Assembly: GCF_020745735.1 (NCBI RefSeq)
Contig: NC_083402.1
Span: 7,316,001-7,380,000 of the forward strand
From: Hemiscyllium ocellatum
Taxonomy: Eukaryota
Direction of reading: 5' to 3'
Length of the DNA: 64,000 nucleotides
Shown here: in pieces, positions 62,620 to 64,000 of the stretch
How positions within the stretch are numbered: position 1 is the stretch's first letter
How the letters are laid out: each line of letters opens with the position of its first letter
Program-made: the position numbers and the translations under genes
Notes under the pieces: model-generated
What the model was told of the DNA's origin: nothing
Databases searched by the model: none
What the model saw: only the letters and a program-made list of their open reading frames with translations

Positions 62620-64000
62620 CGAGCTTCCACATTTGCAGATCTCATGGGAGCAATTGGCTGAGGAAGCAAGCAGAAAGTCTCAGATACAGTCACATAGATG
62701 GGTTAACTCCAGGAAGGTTGAGAGAGATTGGCACTGAGGGCAGGAGACATTTGTGGATGTACCCATTTCAAACAGGTATGCTGTTTTGGAATATGTGGGG
62801 GATGATGGGTTCTCAGGGGAACATAGCACGAACAGCCAAGTTTCTGGTATTGAGACTGGCTCTAATGCAACAAGGGGTGTGTCGGCTTCCAAGAGATCAA
62901 TTGTGTAAGGGGATTCTATAGTCAGAGGTACAGACAGATGTTTCTGTGGCCAGCAGAGAAAAAGCAGAATAGTGTGTTGTTTCCCTGGTGCCAGGATCAA
63001 GGATGTCTCCGAGAGGGTGCACAATGTTCTCCGGGGTCAGGGGCCAGCAGGAGGTCATTGTCCACATTGGAACCAATAATGTTGGAAGGGAAAAGTTTGA
63101 GACTCTGGAGGGAGATTACAGAGAATGAGGCAGAAATTTAAAAAGGAGGTCCTCAAGGATAGTAATATCTGGATTACTCCCAGTGCAATGAGTTAGTGAG
63201 GACAGGAACAGGAGGATAGAGCAGATGAATGCATGGTTGAGGAGCTGGTGTATGGGAGAAGGATTCACATTTTTGGATCATTGGAATCTCTTTTGGGGTA
63301 GAAGTGACCTGTACAAGAAGGACGGATTGCACCTAAATTGAAGGGTACTAATATACTGGCAGGAAAATTTGCTAGAACTGCTCAGGAGGATTTAAACTAG
63401 TAAGGAGGTGGAGGGGGTGTGTGTGTGTGTGTGTGTGGGGGGGGGTTGGTGGAGGAGAATGGGACCCAGGGGGATAATGAGGAAAGAGATCGATCTGAGA
63501 CGGGTACAGCTGAGAACAGAAGTGAGTCAAACAGTCAGGGCAGGCAGGGACAAGGTAGGACTAATAAATTAAACTGCATTTATTTCAATGCAAGGGGCCT
63601 AACAGGGAAGGCAGATGAACTCAGGGCATGGTTAGAAACATGGGACTGGGATATCATAGCAATTGCGGAAACATGGCTTAGGGATGGGCAGGACTGGCAG
63701 CTTAATGTTCCAGGATATTCATGCTACAGGAAGGATAGAAAGGGAGGCAAAAGATGAGGGGAAGTGGCATTTTGGACAAGGGATAGCATTACATCTGTGC
63801 TGAGGGAGGATATTCCCGGAAATACATCCAGGGAAGATATTTGGGTGGAACTGAGAAATAAGAAAGAGATGATCACCTTCTTGGGATTGTATCATAGACC
63901 CCCAATAGGCAGAGGGAAATTGAGAAACAAACTTCTAAGGAGATCTCAGCTATCTGTAAGAATAATAAGGTAGTTATGGTAGAGGATTTTAACTTTCCAA
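62620..64000 (+). mobile_element. CR1 ORF1 (esterase) and start of ORF2 (endonuclease), running off the window edge
   Basis: GDSIVRGTD, CCFPGARIKD, IYFNARGLTGKADELRAW, IAIAETWL, IWVELRNKK; internal (GT)n near 63416-63437. Confidence 0.9.

Overview
Repeat-dominated vertebrate genomic DNA, most likely from a shark or other cartilaginous fish. The taxon is inferred from the repeat repertoire: CR1 LINEs, HE1-like V-SINEs and Penelope-like elements (PLEs). I see no intact protein-coding gene; most ORFs in the supplied track are TE fragments or antisense noise. Main non-repeat content: (i) a decayed C2H2 zinc-finger array at the left edge; (ii) two paralogous minus-strand copies, about 43.5 kb apart, of a single-V-set-Ig type I membrane receptor (V exon plus TM exon, plus a candidate leader exon for copy A). 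Copy A has a transmembrane Lys and a short tail, while copy B has an uncharged TM and an intact downstream donor, resembling a paired activating/inhibitory receptor; both carry lesions as written. (iii) A full-length variant U1 snRNA copy split by a PLE hairpin. Mobile DNA includes about 15 PLE insertions from three families, several with target-site duplications (TSDs) and hammerhead-ribozyme-like cores, a 5'-truncated class I endogenous retrovirus (pol end, env, 3' LTR), a Gmr1-type Gypsy element with integrase before RT, solo LTRs, and a second, unrelated degenerate envelope-like sequence. All family assignments come from motif recognition by eye, with no database search. Boundaries of old repeats are approximate.
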